Source of the DNA: Chloroflexota bacterium
GTDB lineage: Bacteria; Chloroflexota; Dehalococcoidia; Lucifugimonadales; UBA3495
Assembly (NCBI GenBank): GCA_028873965.1
Contig: JAPPMU010000041.1
Coordinates: 36,056-100,055, forward strand
Length of the DNA: 64,000 nucleotides
Reading direction: 5' to 3'
Under the pieces are notes generated by a model. The model was not told the DNA's origin and searched no databases. It was given only the letters and a program-made list of their open reading frames with translations. The number at the start of each line of letters is the position of its first letter. The first letter of the stretch is position 1. A program made the position numbers and the translations under genes. Positions 46,591-55,849 of the stretch are shown one piece after another.

Positions 46591-48297
46591 ATGCACAACC
46601 ATGCCCCGGTGGAGAGCGTCGCGGAGGCTTACCTGGAACTGCTGTCCTCCCGCGGGATAGACTACTTCTTCGGCAACGGCGGCACGGATTTCGCGCCGAT
46701 AATCGAGGCCTACGCCAAGCGGCAGGTGCAAGAACTGCCCGTGCCTCGTCCCATCCCGGTGCCCCACGAGGTCACCGCGGTGAGCATGGCTCACGGTTAC
46801 ACCATGATCACCGGGCGTCCCCAGGTGGTGATGGTACACACCGTTCCCGGCACCGCCAACGCCATCGGGGGCATCGTCAACGCCGCCCGCTCCAACGTGC
46901 CCATGCTCTTCAGCGCCGGCCGCACGCCCATCACCGAAGGTGACGCCCGAGGCTCTCGCGACGGCAGCATCCACTGGGCACAGGAGTCCTTCGACCAGGC
47001 GGCCATGGTGCGCGAGTGGGTCAAGTGGGACTACGAGCTGCGACACGGCGCCGACCTAGAAAATCTGGTGGACCGGGCTTTCGCCATCGCCGAGAGCCCG
47101 CCCGCTGGGCCGGTGTACCTGACCCTGCCCCGGGAGGTGCTGGCCGAGGAGATCGAGGGCCTGTCATATCGCGATGCTTCCCGGCAACAGAAGTCCGGCG
47201 ACCGGCTGCCTACTCCGGAAGCCATCGGGCAGGCCGCCCGCGCGCTGGCCGGAGCGCGCAATCCCATCCTGGTCACTCGCGGCGGCGGCAAGGATCCCCG
47301 GGCGGTCGCGCCGCTGGTGGAGCTGGCCGAATCGCTGGGCATGGCGGTGTTCGAGTCTGGCGCGCTGTACGCCAACTTCCCCAAAGACCACCCCCTGTAC
47401 GCCGGCTCGGACGTCGGGCCAGCCCTGGCCGACGCGGACGCGGTGGTGGTGCTGGAAGCCGACGTGCCGTGGACGCCCAAGCGACATCAGCCAACTGACA
47501 ACAGCGTGGTAATTGGCATCGGCGATGATCCGCTCTTTTCGACCTATCCGGTGCGCGGGTTCCAGGTGGACCTGAACCTCGCCGGCACGCCCCGATTGGT
47601 CCTCCAGGCATTGCTGGATGCGGTGCGCGAGATCGGCGTGGACGCGGGCGCAGCGGAGAAACGTACTACTGAGTGGGCGAGTCGCAACGACGCGATGCGC
47701 GCCGGTTGGCTGCGGCAGGCCAATGCCGCCAGCGATCAGACACCCATCAGCAAATCGTGGTTCACCAAGTGCCTGTCCGACGTGCTCGACGACGACACCA
47801 TCGTATTGAACGAACTGGGCATCAACGCGGTGCAAATCGACATCAGGAAGCCGGGAAGCTTTTTCGGCGTGCCGGTGTCCGGCGGTCTCGGTTGGGGGAT
47901 TGGCGCGGCGCTCGGCGCCAAACTGGCCGACCCGGACCAAACCGTGATCTGTTGCGTCGGCGACGGGTCGTACATCTTCGGTTCCGGCACTGCCGGGCAC
48001 ATCGTGTCCGATGCCCAGGGTCTGCCCATCCTGACCATCGTATGGAACAACGGCATCTGGAATGCCGTGCAGAGCGCGACCCGAGGCACCTACGCGGACG
48101 GCTACGCGGTGCAGACCAACAACTTCGCAGTCACGACGCTCTCCCAGTCCTTTCAGTACGAGCTGATCTGCCAGGCGGCCGGCGGCTACGGAGAGCGGGT
48201 CGAGGATCCCGCGGAGGTGCCGGCGGCGCTGGAACGCGCCCTGAACGCCGTCCGCCACGAGAAGCGCCAGGCCCTGCTCAACATAATCGGGCAGTAG
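46591..48297 (+). CDS. Thiamine-diphosphate-dependent enzyme (decarboxylase/ALS-like)
   Basis: GTD, HE, GDGS..NN ThDP motif. Confidence 0.92.
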   Translation: MHNHAPVESVAEAYLELLSSRGIDYFFGNGGTDFAPIIEAYAKRQVQELPVPRPIPVPHEVTAVSMAHGYTMITGRPQVVMVHTVPGTANAIGGIVNAARSNVPMLFSAGRTPITEGDARGSRDGSIHWAQESFDQAAMVREWVKWDYELRHGADLENLVDRAFAIAESPPAGPVYLTLPREVLAEEIEGLSYRDASRQQKSGDRLPTPEAIGQAARALAGARNPILVTRGGGKDPRAVAPLVELAESLGMAVFESGALYANFPKDHPLYAGSDVGPALADADAVVVLEADVPWTPKRHQPTDNSVVIGIGDDPLFSTYPVRGFQVDLNLAGTPRLVLQALLDAVREIGVDAGAAEKRTTEWASRNDAMRAGWLRQANAASDQTPISKSWFTKCLSDVLDDDTIVLNELGINAVQIDIRKPGSFFGVPVSGGLGWGIGAALGAKLADPDQTVICCVGDGSYIFGSGTAGHIVSDAQGLPILTIVWNNGIWNAVQSATRGTYADGYAVQTNNFAVTTLSQSFQYELICQAAGGYGERVEDPAEVPAALERALNAVRHEKRQALLNIIGQ

Positions 48298-48322
48298 GCG
48301 GAGCCGCTCGCGCCTTCCCCCT

Positions 48323-48600
48323 CACGCGTACCCAGTTTCACACGAACTGTCATTGCGAGCGAAGCGCGGCAATCTCGTTACTGGAGGAGCCATTCTTCGT
48401 GTGACGAGATCGCCGCGTCGCTCAGCTCCTCACGGTGACAAACTGGGTACGCGTGAGCGCCTGCCCCGCACGCGTACCCAGTTTCACAAACCCGCCATTG
48501 CGAGCGAAGCGCGGCAATCTCGTTGCTGGAGCAGCCGTTCTTCGTGTGACGAGATCGCCGCGTCGCTCCGCTCCTCGCGATGACAAACTGGGTACGCGTG
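48323..48600. mobile_element. Two tandem ~132-bp MITE-like units with perfect 16-bp TIRs
   Basis: CACGCGTACCCAGTTT ... AAACTGGGTACGCGTG at 48323-48455 and 48469-48600, each enclosing a CATTGCGAG..GCAATCTC / GAGATCGC..TGAC pair. Confidence 0.8.
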
Positions 48601-48636
48601 AGCACCTGTAACTGTTCAGGGTCCGCGGAGAAACAC

Positions 48637-48730
48637 GTCGTTCCTGCGAAAGCAGGAACCCAGAACATCCACGCGCCGGCAATCGCGAGCATAGAAGGAT
48701 TTCCTGGATACCGGCTTCCGCCGGTAAGAC
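48637..48730. repeat. Inverted pair of GTCRTTCCYGCGAAAGCRGGAA-type palindromes
   Basis: 48637-48661 and a degenerate partner at 48706-48730. Confidence 0.75.
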
Positions 48731-48787
48731 GGCTTTGGCGTTAGGCGGCCACCTCAAACGTGAGCAGTTACGAGCGCCTGCCCCACG

Positions 48788-48816
48788 TTGACGCCGTCGC
48801 GGATGCTGGGTATCAT
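48788..48816 (+). promoter_or_regulatory. Sigma70-type promoter of the ABC transporter operon
   Basis: TTGACG (48788-48793), 17 bp spacer, TATCAT (48811-48816). Confidence 0.7.
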
Positions 48817-48826
48817 TCGTCGCCGT

Positions 48827-49011
48827 ATGTGCAGCGCGGGCTCCGGATTCACTTGAACGCCTTGCCGACCACTCCGGGTTGAGTGGTGGGCGGGTGCGTC
48901 ATGCGCCGGGTGAGCAACTAGCCTCCTATTTCGCTGCGTTCGCGTTTCCCGTCTTCCCCAGAATATCAGGGCGTCTGACGACGTCTCCTCACGAATGATG
49001 GTGAAACGCAC
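48827..49011 (+). promoter_or_regulatory. Structured leader with UGA-containing uORF, SECIS-like hairpin and RBS-sequestering stem
   Basis: ATG 48827, TGA 48854-48856, hairpin ACCACTC-CGGGTT-GAGTGGT 48868-48887; 48942-48953 is complementary to 48997-49009. Confidence 0.5.
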
Positions 49012-49905
49012 ATGTTACATAAACCGCTCGCGCGCGCGGTCGCGATCGTTGTTCTGATCTCGGTCCTTCTGGCGCTTGTCGCCTGCGCCGAAGAAGAACT
49101 GCCCGTCCTCTACCTCGGCGGCATCCCCGACCAGGACGTGGCCGTCCTGGAAGCCCGCTTCAACCTTCTCGCCGAGCACGTCAGCGAGGAAACCGGCGTC
49201 CCCGTCCGTTACCTTCCATCCCAGTCCTACGCCGCTCTGGTCACCGGATGGGACAACAACGACGTACAGCTGGCCTGGTACGGTGGCCTGACCGGTGTCC
49301 AGGCACGGCTCGCCGTCCCCGGCTCTGATGCCGTGGCCCAGCGCAGCACCGATGAGAACTTCACGTCGGTGTTCGTCGCCGCACCCGACTCCGGCATATC
49401 CTCGCTGGCCGGCCTGAAAGGACGCACCTTCACCTTCGGCAGCGAAAGTTCAACCTCGGGCAACCTGATGCCTCGTTACTTCCTCGGCCAGGAGGGCATC
49501 GTACCCGAGACCGACTTCAAGAGCGTGGCCTACAGCGGCTCCCACGACGCCACCTGGAAACAGGTCGAAGCCGGAGCGGTCGAGGCCGGCGCCCTCAACG
49601 CCAACGTATGGAAGACCCGCATGGAGCAGGGCGACGTTGACGCCTCCCGGGTCACCGCCTTCTACACCTCCCCCGGCTACGTCGACTACCACTGGGTCGT
49701 CCGGCCGGGCCTGGACGAGATCTACGGCGACGGGTTCACGCAGCGCGTGGTCGATGCCCTCCTCAAGCTGAACGCCGCCAACGGCGGCCGCGATCAGGAA
49801 ATCATGAACGCCTTCCAGGCTGACCGGTTCATTTCCACCACCAATGAAAATTACCTCCCCATCGAAAATATCGCCCGCGACCTCGGCCTCATCTCCGAAC
49901 AGTAG
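49012..49905 (+). CDS. PhnD-like ABC substrate-binding lipoprotein, putative selenate-transporter subfamily
   Basis: Lipobox LVAC; IPDQD, WYGGLTGVQARL, FTFGSESSTSGNLMP, SGSHDAT, as I recall them for that subfamily. Confidence 0.8.
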   Translation: MLHKPLARAVAIVVLISVLLALVACAEEELPVLYLGGIPDQDVAVLEARFNLLAEHVSEETGVPVRYLPSQSYAALVTGWDNNDVQLAWYGGLTGVQARLAVPGSDAVAQRSTDENFTSVFVAAPDSGISSLAGLKGRTFTFGSESSTSGNLMPRYFLGQEGIVPETDFKSVAYSGSHDATWKQVEAGAVEAGALNANVWKTRMEQGDVDASRVTAFYTSPGYVDYHWVVRPGLDEIYGDGFTQRVVDALLKLNAANGGRDQEIMNAFQADRFISTTNENYLPIENIARDLGLISEQ

Positions 49906-50656
49906 CCATCCGGCAATTCTGATCGACGGTGCGGGCAAGACCTACGGCGACGTCGAGGCCGTCCGCCCGATCTCGCTGACCATCCAGCCGGGCGAGACCG
50001 TAGCGCTGCTGGGACCCAGCGGTAGCGGCAAGACCACCCTGCTGTCCATGATTGCCGGCGAGCTGGAGCCGTCGGAAGGATCCATCCGTCTGCGCGGCAG
50101 AAACTTGGCCGACCTTCATCCCGGCCGGGAGCTCTCCCGCGAGGTGGGCATGATCCACCAGCAGTACGACCTCGTCCCCAACCTCTCGTCGTTGCAAAAC
50201 GTGCTCGCCGGACGATTGGGAGACTGGGGCCTGTTCAAATCGGTAATTTCCCTGGTGTGGCCCCAGGACCGGCAGGTGGGCATGACCGCCCTGGACCGAG
50301 TGGGGGTCGGAGACCGCGCCCGGGTTCGGGCCGGCTTTCTCTCCGGCGGCGAGCAGCAACGGGTGGCCGTGGCCCGTCTCCTGGTGCAGGATCCCGCCAT
50401 CATCGTCGCCGACGAACCGGTTTCGTCCCTGGACCCGGCCCGGGCCGAAGAGGTGATGGGCATCCTGAGCGAGTCCGCCCGCCAGGCTGGAAAAACCCTG
50501 GTGGCCACCGTCCATTCCACCGATGTGGCGCGAACCTACTTCGGGCGCCTGATCGGTCTGCGCAACGGCGAACCGGAATTCGACCTGCCTTCCCACCTGG
50601 TCACCGACGACCAGTTCAATGCCCTCTACGCGCTGGAGGGCCTGCGGGATGAATGA
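49844..50656 (+). CDS. PhnC-like ABC ATPase
   Basis: GPSGSGKT, LSGGEQQR, ADEPVSSLD; true start uncertain. Confidence 0.9.
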   Translation: MKITSPSKISPATSASSPNSSHPAILIDGAGKTYGDVEAVRPISLTIQPGETVALLGPSGSGKTTLLSMIAGELEPSEGSIRLRGRNLADLHPGRELSREVGMIHQQYDLVPNLSSLQNVLAGRLGDWGLFKSVISLVWPQDRQVGMTALDRVGVGDRARVRAGFLSGGEQQRVAVARLLVQDPAIIVADEPVSSLDPARAEEVMGILSESARQAGKTLVATVHSTDVARTYFGRLIGLRNGEPEFDLPSHLVTDDQFNALYALEGLRDE

Positions 50657-51458
50657 CCGCGCGCACCAGGGATCCCTGGGAGGGCGTGGCGCGCTGACCG
50701 CAATCTTGCTGATCGCTTTCGCGGTCAGCCTGGTGGGCATCGGATGGGGCGACGGCGTGCTCAACGCCGGCGGTCTCCGCGCCGTCGGGCAGATCCTGGT
50801 GGCCGCCATCCAACCGCAGTTGGACCTGAACGTCCTGTCCATCGGCGCCCGCTCCACCTGGACCACGCTGGCTTACGCCTGGGCCGGCATGACTGTCGCC
50901 CTGGCTATAGGTATCCCGTTGGGTATCCTGGGCTCCGGAACCGTGGTTCGGTCCCCCTGGGCTCGACGGTGGAACATCTCATCGGCGCGCTTTGCTTTGG
51001 CGGTGTTCCGCGCTATCCACGAGCTGGTATGGGCCTGGCTATTCGTCGCGGCGCTCGGCCTGTCTCCTATGGCCGGAGTGCTCGCCCTGGGGCTGCCCTA
51101 CGGCGGCATTCTCGGTCGGATCTACGCCGAGCTGCTGCAGGACGTACCCGATGCTCCCCTACGCGCCCTGCGGAGCGCCGGAGCCTCTGAGTGGCGCGTC
51201 TTCTGGTTCGGTCGGCTCCCCATGGCCCTGCCGGACATGCTCAGCTACACCTTCTACCGCCTGGAATGCGGGATACGGTCGGCGGCCATCCTGAGCTTCG
51301 TGGGTCTCGGCGGCCTCGGTCACAACATCCAGATTTCCCTGCAGGACATCGATTACAGCCGCATGTGGACCTTCGTCTATTTCCTCATCGCGCTGGTACT
51401 CGTCGTTGACCTTTGGAGCTCGCTGGTTCGGCGCCGAGTCGCCATCGAGCAGGGTTAG
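50649..51458 (+). CDS. PhnE-like ABC permease
   Basis: RAIHELVW, YRLECGIRSAAILSFVGLGGLG. Confidence 0.9.
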   Translation: MNDRAHQGSLGGRGALTAILLIAFAVSLVGIGWGDGVLNAGGLRAVGQILVAAIQPQLDLNVLSIGARSTWTTLAYAWAGMTVALAIGIPLGILGSGTVVRSPWARRWNISSARFALAVFRAIHELVWAWLFVAALGLSPMAGVLALGLPYGGILGRIYAELLQDVPDAPLRALRSAGASEWRVFWFGRLPMALPDMLSYTFYRLECGIRSAAILSFVGLGGLGHNIQISLQDIDYSRMWTFVYFLIALVLVVDLWSSLVRRRVAIEQG

Positions 51459-51461
51459 CAG

Positions 51462-52361
51462 ATGGCAGCCCCATACGGACGCGGCGAACCGGTCTCCCGC
51501 GGCGGAGCCACGGCGCCAATCGCTCCGACCCGCCGCATCGGGTTCCTCGCCGCCTCCGCCGCCATCGCCATTGTGATGGGGGTGGCCGCGTGGGTGACCA
51601 TCATCGGCAACGACCACTTCCCTAGCCGGGGCCTGCTCTCCCTCGAAACAGTGACCCGGGCGGCGGACTTTGCCGGCGGGTTGATCGGCACGAAATCTGC
51701 ATCCACTCCCGCTTTCTACCAGCCGGCCGAATGGGCCGAGAAAGCGCGTTTGGCCGGCGAAACCCTGGCCATGAGCGTGGCCGCCGCCGGCCTGGCCGCC
51801 CTGGGAGCCCTGGCGCTGTTCATGTTCGGCGCGCGCAACGTGATGATGGGCAGCCTCGCGCCCTACCGGTCGCCCTTCTGGACGGCGCCTTTCTTCCTGA
51901 TCCGCGCGGTGTTCACCGTGAGCCGCGCCGTGCCGGAACTGGTCTGGGCCATGATCCTGGTGTTCGTCTTCACCCAGGGAACCCTGCCCGGCGTAATCGC
52001 CCTCGCCATCCACAACGGCGGCATCCTGGGCAAGCTGGGCTCCGAAATCGTAGAGGGACTCGACACGCGCCCGATGCGAGCACTGCGGTCCACCGGCGCC
52101 GGCCGGATGCAGGTGCTGCTCTACGGCGTGCTCCCCGAGGCCCTGCCCAAGTTCATCACGTACCTGTTCTATCGTTGGGAGGTGATCATCCGCACCACCA
52201 TCGTGGTCGGATTCGTCGCCGCCGGCGGCCTCGGCACCGAGTTCCGCCTGGCCATGAGCCACTTCAAATTCACCGAAGTGTCGCTCATACTGTTCTGGTA
52301 CCTGGTCCTCGTCCTGTTCGTGGACCTCGTCTCCGCACAGATGAGGCGGCTCGCCAACTGA
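51462..52361 (+). CDS. PhnE-like ABC permease
   Basis: RAVPELVW, YRWEVIIRTTIVVGFVAAGGLG. Confidence 0.9.
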   Translation: MAAPYGRGEPVSRGGATAPIAPTRRIGFLAASAAIAIVMGVAAWVTIIGNDHFPSRGLLSLETVTRAADFAGGLIGTKSASTPAFYQPAEWAEKARLAGETLAMSVAAAGLAALGALALFMFGARNVMMGSLAPYRSPFWTAPFFLIRAVFTVSRAVPELVWAMILVFVFTQGTLPGVIALAIHNGGILGKLGSEIVEGLDTRPMRALRSTGAGRMQVLLYGVLPEALPKFITYLFYRWEVIIRTTIVVGFVAAGGLGTEFRLAMSHFKFTEVSLILFWYLVLVLFVDLVSAQMRRLAN

Positions 52362-52420
52362 GTGCGGCTCGATACCGGCCGCATGCGCTACGGTCGAACC
52401 CTACAAGCAGGTCTGATTGG

Positions 52421-54043
52421 TCAGTTGCCCCGATTGTAAGTGTCCGGCGGGGTAACCCCGTGAAAGATCGAATATTCTGAGATAACTTCCCGCGCACCGC
52501 CCAAATCGCCCCACACGACCACCGTGTATACCCCACTTCCATGCTGGTTCAGTATCCGGCCAATGTCGGCTTTCACCGCGAACGTCTCTCCCGTGGCCGT
52601 CCATGATGAGGCGGTGATCCATGGCAAAGTTAGCGACTGAGCCTGCCGGGATTGACTGGCGTCGTACGCATCCTGCCAAGCCCTGTGGGCTTCAGCAGGC
52701 GAACGCGGAGCTGGCGAGTCGATCGCAACATCATACGGACTGGGACAAGGTTTATGGGTTTTAGAGAACGTATCTGTAGTCCACCGATAGCCGCCAGTCA
52801 ACGGCCATCGCAAACTCGCTACCGGGCGTCCGTTGTCGTAACAATAGGTACGAGCGACCTGTGCTCTGGCCAATTCGTGCGGCGGCGGGTCATAGTAAAT
52901 CTGCACGCCTAAATCTTTCTCTTGACTGAACCGCACTCCATGCTTTGTAGTGCCGGAGAATGACACGACGTCGTTTGAGATGGACGGGACCCGGTCGTAC
53001 TCAACATAGTCGCCCTCGAAATGCTGGTACATCGCGGTGTTGTACCGATCCCAGGCAATGCCGATGTTCACCCGCTTGTGAGCGGGATCCAGCATGTTCC
53101 GGCGGTGCCCGGGACTTCTCATCCAGCCGTCCATCGTCTCTCGAATTTCTTGCTTAATGGGGCCATTGGCGCGGTAGCCGTCGGACGCTGTGATGCAGTA
53201 ATCCAATCCGCTGCCGTTTTCGCCGTTGGACTGGTAACCACCGGCCAGGCTGTAACGCATATACGGCTTCAGGCCGTCAATACCCCAATGGGAAGAAAAG
53301 CAGTTGTCCAACGCGGATTCGGCGTGCAGCTGGGCAGCGACGTTCTCGCCGAGGGTTATTGCGCCAACGCCGGCTTTGTTGCGCTCGGCGTTGATCAGGG
53401 ACAGCATATAGCGCTTTTCCTCGGTGTACCGGAGATTCGGTTTTTGTGTAACGGCCGGGACGCTAACGGTTGCGACCGGCGTCGGTATCCTGACAGGGAG
53501 CAGTGGCGCCAGCGTGGGCAAGGCTGCAACTGATTTCGTGGGCGTCGGCGTATTGGTCGGTTGCGTAACCATCGCCAAGTGTGGGAACACCCCACCGCAG
53601 TTCTCGTCCACCAGAGCCCGGACGCTGGCTACCGAATGGAGGCCCCGGTCAATGGCCGAATTCGTGGCAGCGAAGCGGCGCCGCTTCTCCTCCCCGGAGT
53701 ATTGGCCATTGCATCCGGCGAAAGCATCAACGACTATCTCCCGCTCTGTCGTCCCGGCCGGAGTTAACGTTGGTTCAGGCGTTAGTTTGGCAGCTGTCGG
53801 CGTGAGGGGCGCCGGTGGCATTGGGGTGGGCGGGGGAGTGGGAGACAGCGCCGCCGCCGGGCGCGGCGTGTCGGTGGGGAGTGGAGCGGATGTTGGCGAT
53901 GGAGACGGCGCGGGCGTGGCCGTCACTTCCCCGACACGCACGTTCACCTGCACCGGATTACGGCCCAGATACAGCATGAAGCCATATACGATGCCGCCGC
54001 CGATGACAGCGAAAACCAAAGCAATGGCCAGCACCCGCGCCAT
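52421..54043 (-). CDS. Membrane-anchored CAP (SCP-like) domain protein with Pro/Thr-rich linkers
   Basis: N-terminal TM, PT-rich tracts, LINAER..AQLHAE..SH..GEN..WMRSPGHRRNML..IGI. Confidence 0.85.
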   Translation of the reverse strand: MARVLAIALVFAVIGGGIVYGFMLYLGRNPVQVNVRVGEVTATPAPSPSPTSAPLPTDTPRPAAALSPTPPPTPMPPAPLTPTAAKLTPEPTLTPAGTTEREIVVDAFAGCNGQYSGEEKRRRFAATNSAIDRGLHSVASVRALVDENCGGVFPHLAMVTQPTNTPTPTKSVAALPTLAPLLPVRIPTPVATVSVPAVTQKPNLRYTEEKRYMLSLINAERNKAGVGAITLGENVAAQLHAESALDNCFSSHWGIDGLKPYMRYSLAGGYQSNGENGSGLDYCITASDGYRANGPIKQEIRETMDGWMRSPGHRRNMLDPAHKRVNIGIAWDRYNTAMYQHFEGDYVEYDRVPSISNDVVSFSGTTKHGVRFSQEKDLGVQIYYDPPPHELARAQVARTYCYDNGRPVASLRWPLTGGYRWTTDTFSKTHKPCPSPYDVAIDSPAPRSPAEAHRAWQDAYDASQSRQAQSLTLPWITASSWTATGETFAVKADIGRILNQHGSGVYTVVVWGDLGGAREVISEYSIFHGVTPPDTYNRGN

Positions 54044-54049
54044 GTTCAG

Positions 54050-54523
54050 CTATTCGCTTTCGTCCGGAGGCGGCTCGTCGAAGGTCTTTCCTTCGGCCTC
54101 GGCATTGGTCTTGCGATTCAGCCAGTCGCGCCATTGCGCGTTGGATTCGATACGCCCTTCAATATGCCCTTCAGTGTGGCCCAACTCGCGCTGGGCATTG
54201 AGCAAAGGCCGGATTACCTTCTCTATGATTGCCATCAGGCCATGCCCTCCTTTGTGGATCAGTAGGATGATGGCAAGCGTTTCTGACGGGTTTGGCAGCA
54301 GGTCGAGTGGTTCCATCTGCCGATCAGTGCCGTTACCGCCTTTGCGGTTTCCGCGTTTATCATACCGCCCTGTGCCATCATGTTGCCAATGATGACCACT
54401 GCCAGGACTATTTCCAGGGTGGTCAGGGCTGGGCGCTATCAGACGGAATAGCGTCCACGGAAAGCCTTGCCTTGGCTCTCTGGGCTGACCGAGCAACTCG
54501 CTGAGACGTTGGGCAAAGGTCAT
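54050..54523 (-). CDS. EGxxEGR-tail family protein, probably frameshift-damaged
   Basis: Tail TEGHIEGRIESNAQWRDWLNR..FDEPPP resembles 38619-39080; expected TM helix lies in another frame. Confidence 0.55.
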   Translation of the reverse strand: MTFAQRLSELLGQPREPRQGFPWTLFRLIAPSPDHPGNSPGSGHHWQHDGTGRYDKRGNRKGGNGTDRQMEPLDLLPNPSETLAIILLIHKGGHGLMAIIEKVIRPLLNAQRELGHTEGHIEGRIESNAQWRDWLNRKTNAEAEGKTFDEPPPDESE

Positions 54524-54783
54524 TCTCGACCGTCGCTGGGCGGCGACTCTTCCATATCGGAACTGTCTTCATCATGACGAGTGGTCACCGCCCAGTGGCA
54601 AAAACCGAGGAGCAGCGTTCCGTGAACAACCTGGACCGCGGTGAGTAGGTTGAAACCAATCAGATCGTGTCCCGCCATGTATGCGGAGAGGCCGAGCCAG
54701 AGCACGACCGCCAGTACCATCTTGAACCCTTTGATTCCCGGCGGCATTCTCATCAGCGCGCTCCGGCTCCCCTCAGTCGTCAA
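54520..54783 (-). CDS. Small two-TM hypothetical protein
   Basis: Two hydrophobic segments; ATGA overlap with next gene. Confidence 0.5.
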   Translation of the reverse strand: MTTEGSRSALMRMPPGIKGFKMVLAVVLWLGLSAYMAGHDLIGFNLLTAVQVVHGTLLLGFCHWAVTTRHDEDSSDMEESPPSDGRE

Positions 54784-54801
54784 TCCCGCCGTTCGCTTAC
54801 C

Positions 54802-55755
54802 CTACTCCGCGTCGGGATGAGTCGTGATGAACCGCGCCGCCCGCTCCGGGTCCACCTGCGGCGCCCGCACCTCGACCCCTGCCTGCTCCTCCTGCAAGCG
54901 CACCGTGCTGCTGCTGTCGGCCTGGCCCCAGCCGCGGTTCATGGCCTGCAGCGAGATCTGCTGCGCCAATGTGGACATGGGCATGGGCACGTCGTACTCC
55001 CGCGCCAACTCCGTCGCCAGCGAGATGTCCTTGTGCGCCAGGTTCAACGCGAAACTCGCCGGCTCAAACTCCCCGCGAAACATCGTCCGCACCAACCCCT
55101 CGTGGAGGAAGGACATCCGGCCCAACGCCCCGCGCCTCACGCACTCCCACAGCGGTTCGGGATCCACGCCCGCCTTGACGCCCAGCGTCAGCCCTTCCGC
55201 GATGGCCTGCCGCACGCTGTGGCCAATCATGTTGTGCACCAGCTTTGCCACACTGCCAGCGCCGATCTCCCCCGCGTAGAACACCTTGTCCCCAAAGGCG
55301 TCCAGTATCGGCTTCACCCGATCAAACACCTCCCGGTCTCCACCCACCATCACCGCCAGGTTTCCCGACGCCGCCCCCGTCTTCCCCCCGCTCACCGGCG
55401 CGTCCAGCACGTGACAACCCTTGGCCCGAAACTGCGGCTCGATCTCCCGAATCAGCGTCGGCCGGCTCGACGACAGGTCGATGTACACGCTCCCCGGACG
55501 GATCCCTTCCAGCACTCCCGAAGCGCCCGTCGAAACCGCCTCCACCTCGTAGGGACCCGGCAGCGACGTGAACGTCACGTCGCTGGCCTCCGCGACCTCC
55601 GCCGGCGTGTTGGCGAGACGCGCGCCGCCTTCCAGCAGGGGCAATGCCGCCTCTTCGCGCAAATCGTAAACGATCATCGGGTAGCCGGCCCGCTGGATGT
55701 TGGCGGACATCCCGCCGCCCATGTTCCCCAAGCCAATGAATCCTACTGTTTCCAT
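54802..55755 (-). CDS. 3-hydroxyisobutyrate dehydrogenase-family NAD(P) oxidoreductase
   Basis: GFIGLGNMG, DAPVSGG, AKLVHN. Confidence 0.93.
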   Translation of the reverse strand: METVGFIGLGNMGGGMSANIQRAGYPMIVYDLREEAALPLLEGGARLANTPAEVAEASDVTFTSLPGPYEVEAVSTGASGVLEGIRPGSVYIDLSSSRPTLIREIEPQFRAKGCHVLDAPVSGGKTGAASGNLAVMVGGDREVFDRVKPILDAFGDKVFYAGEIGAGSVAKLVHNMIGHSVRQAIAEGLTLGVKAGVDPEPLWECVRRGALGRMSFLHEGLVRTMFRGEFEPASFALNLAHKDISLATELAREYDVPMPMSTLAQQISLQAMNRGWGQADSSSTVRLQEEQAGVEVRAPQVDPERAARFITTHPDAE

Positions 55756-55849
55756 AACGCATCACCTGCTCGCAAATTTGGGTTCGCAGCCGCAGTATAT
55801 CGCACGCCAAACGGCCCGATCTGAACCGAGTGCTATAATGAAATTGCAT

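Noticed and set aside
48323-48600. Possible CRISPR or integron attC array
   Set aside because: Only two near-identical units with TIRs, no unique spacers or cassettes and no integrase.
48974-48990. Fluoride riboswitch (CTGACGACGTCT resembles its 3' motif)
   Set aside because: The required 5' GGNGATGG element is not found upstream, and the downstream genes are not fluoride-related.
48754-49011. Minus-strand 85-aa ORF
   Set aside because: No recognisable motif; antisense to the promoter and leader of the ABC operon.
49012-52361. Phosphonate utilisation operon
   Set aside because: No C-P lyase genes nearby and binding-protein motifs fit the putative selenate subfamily better; the substrate remains unproven.
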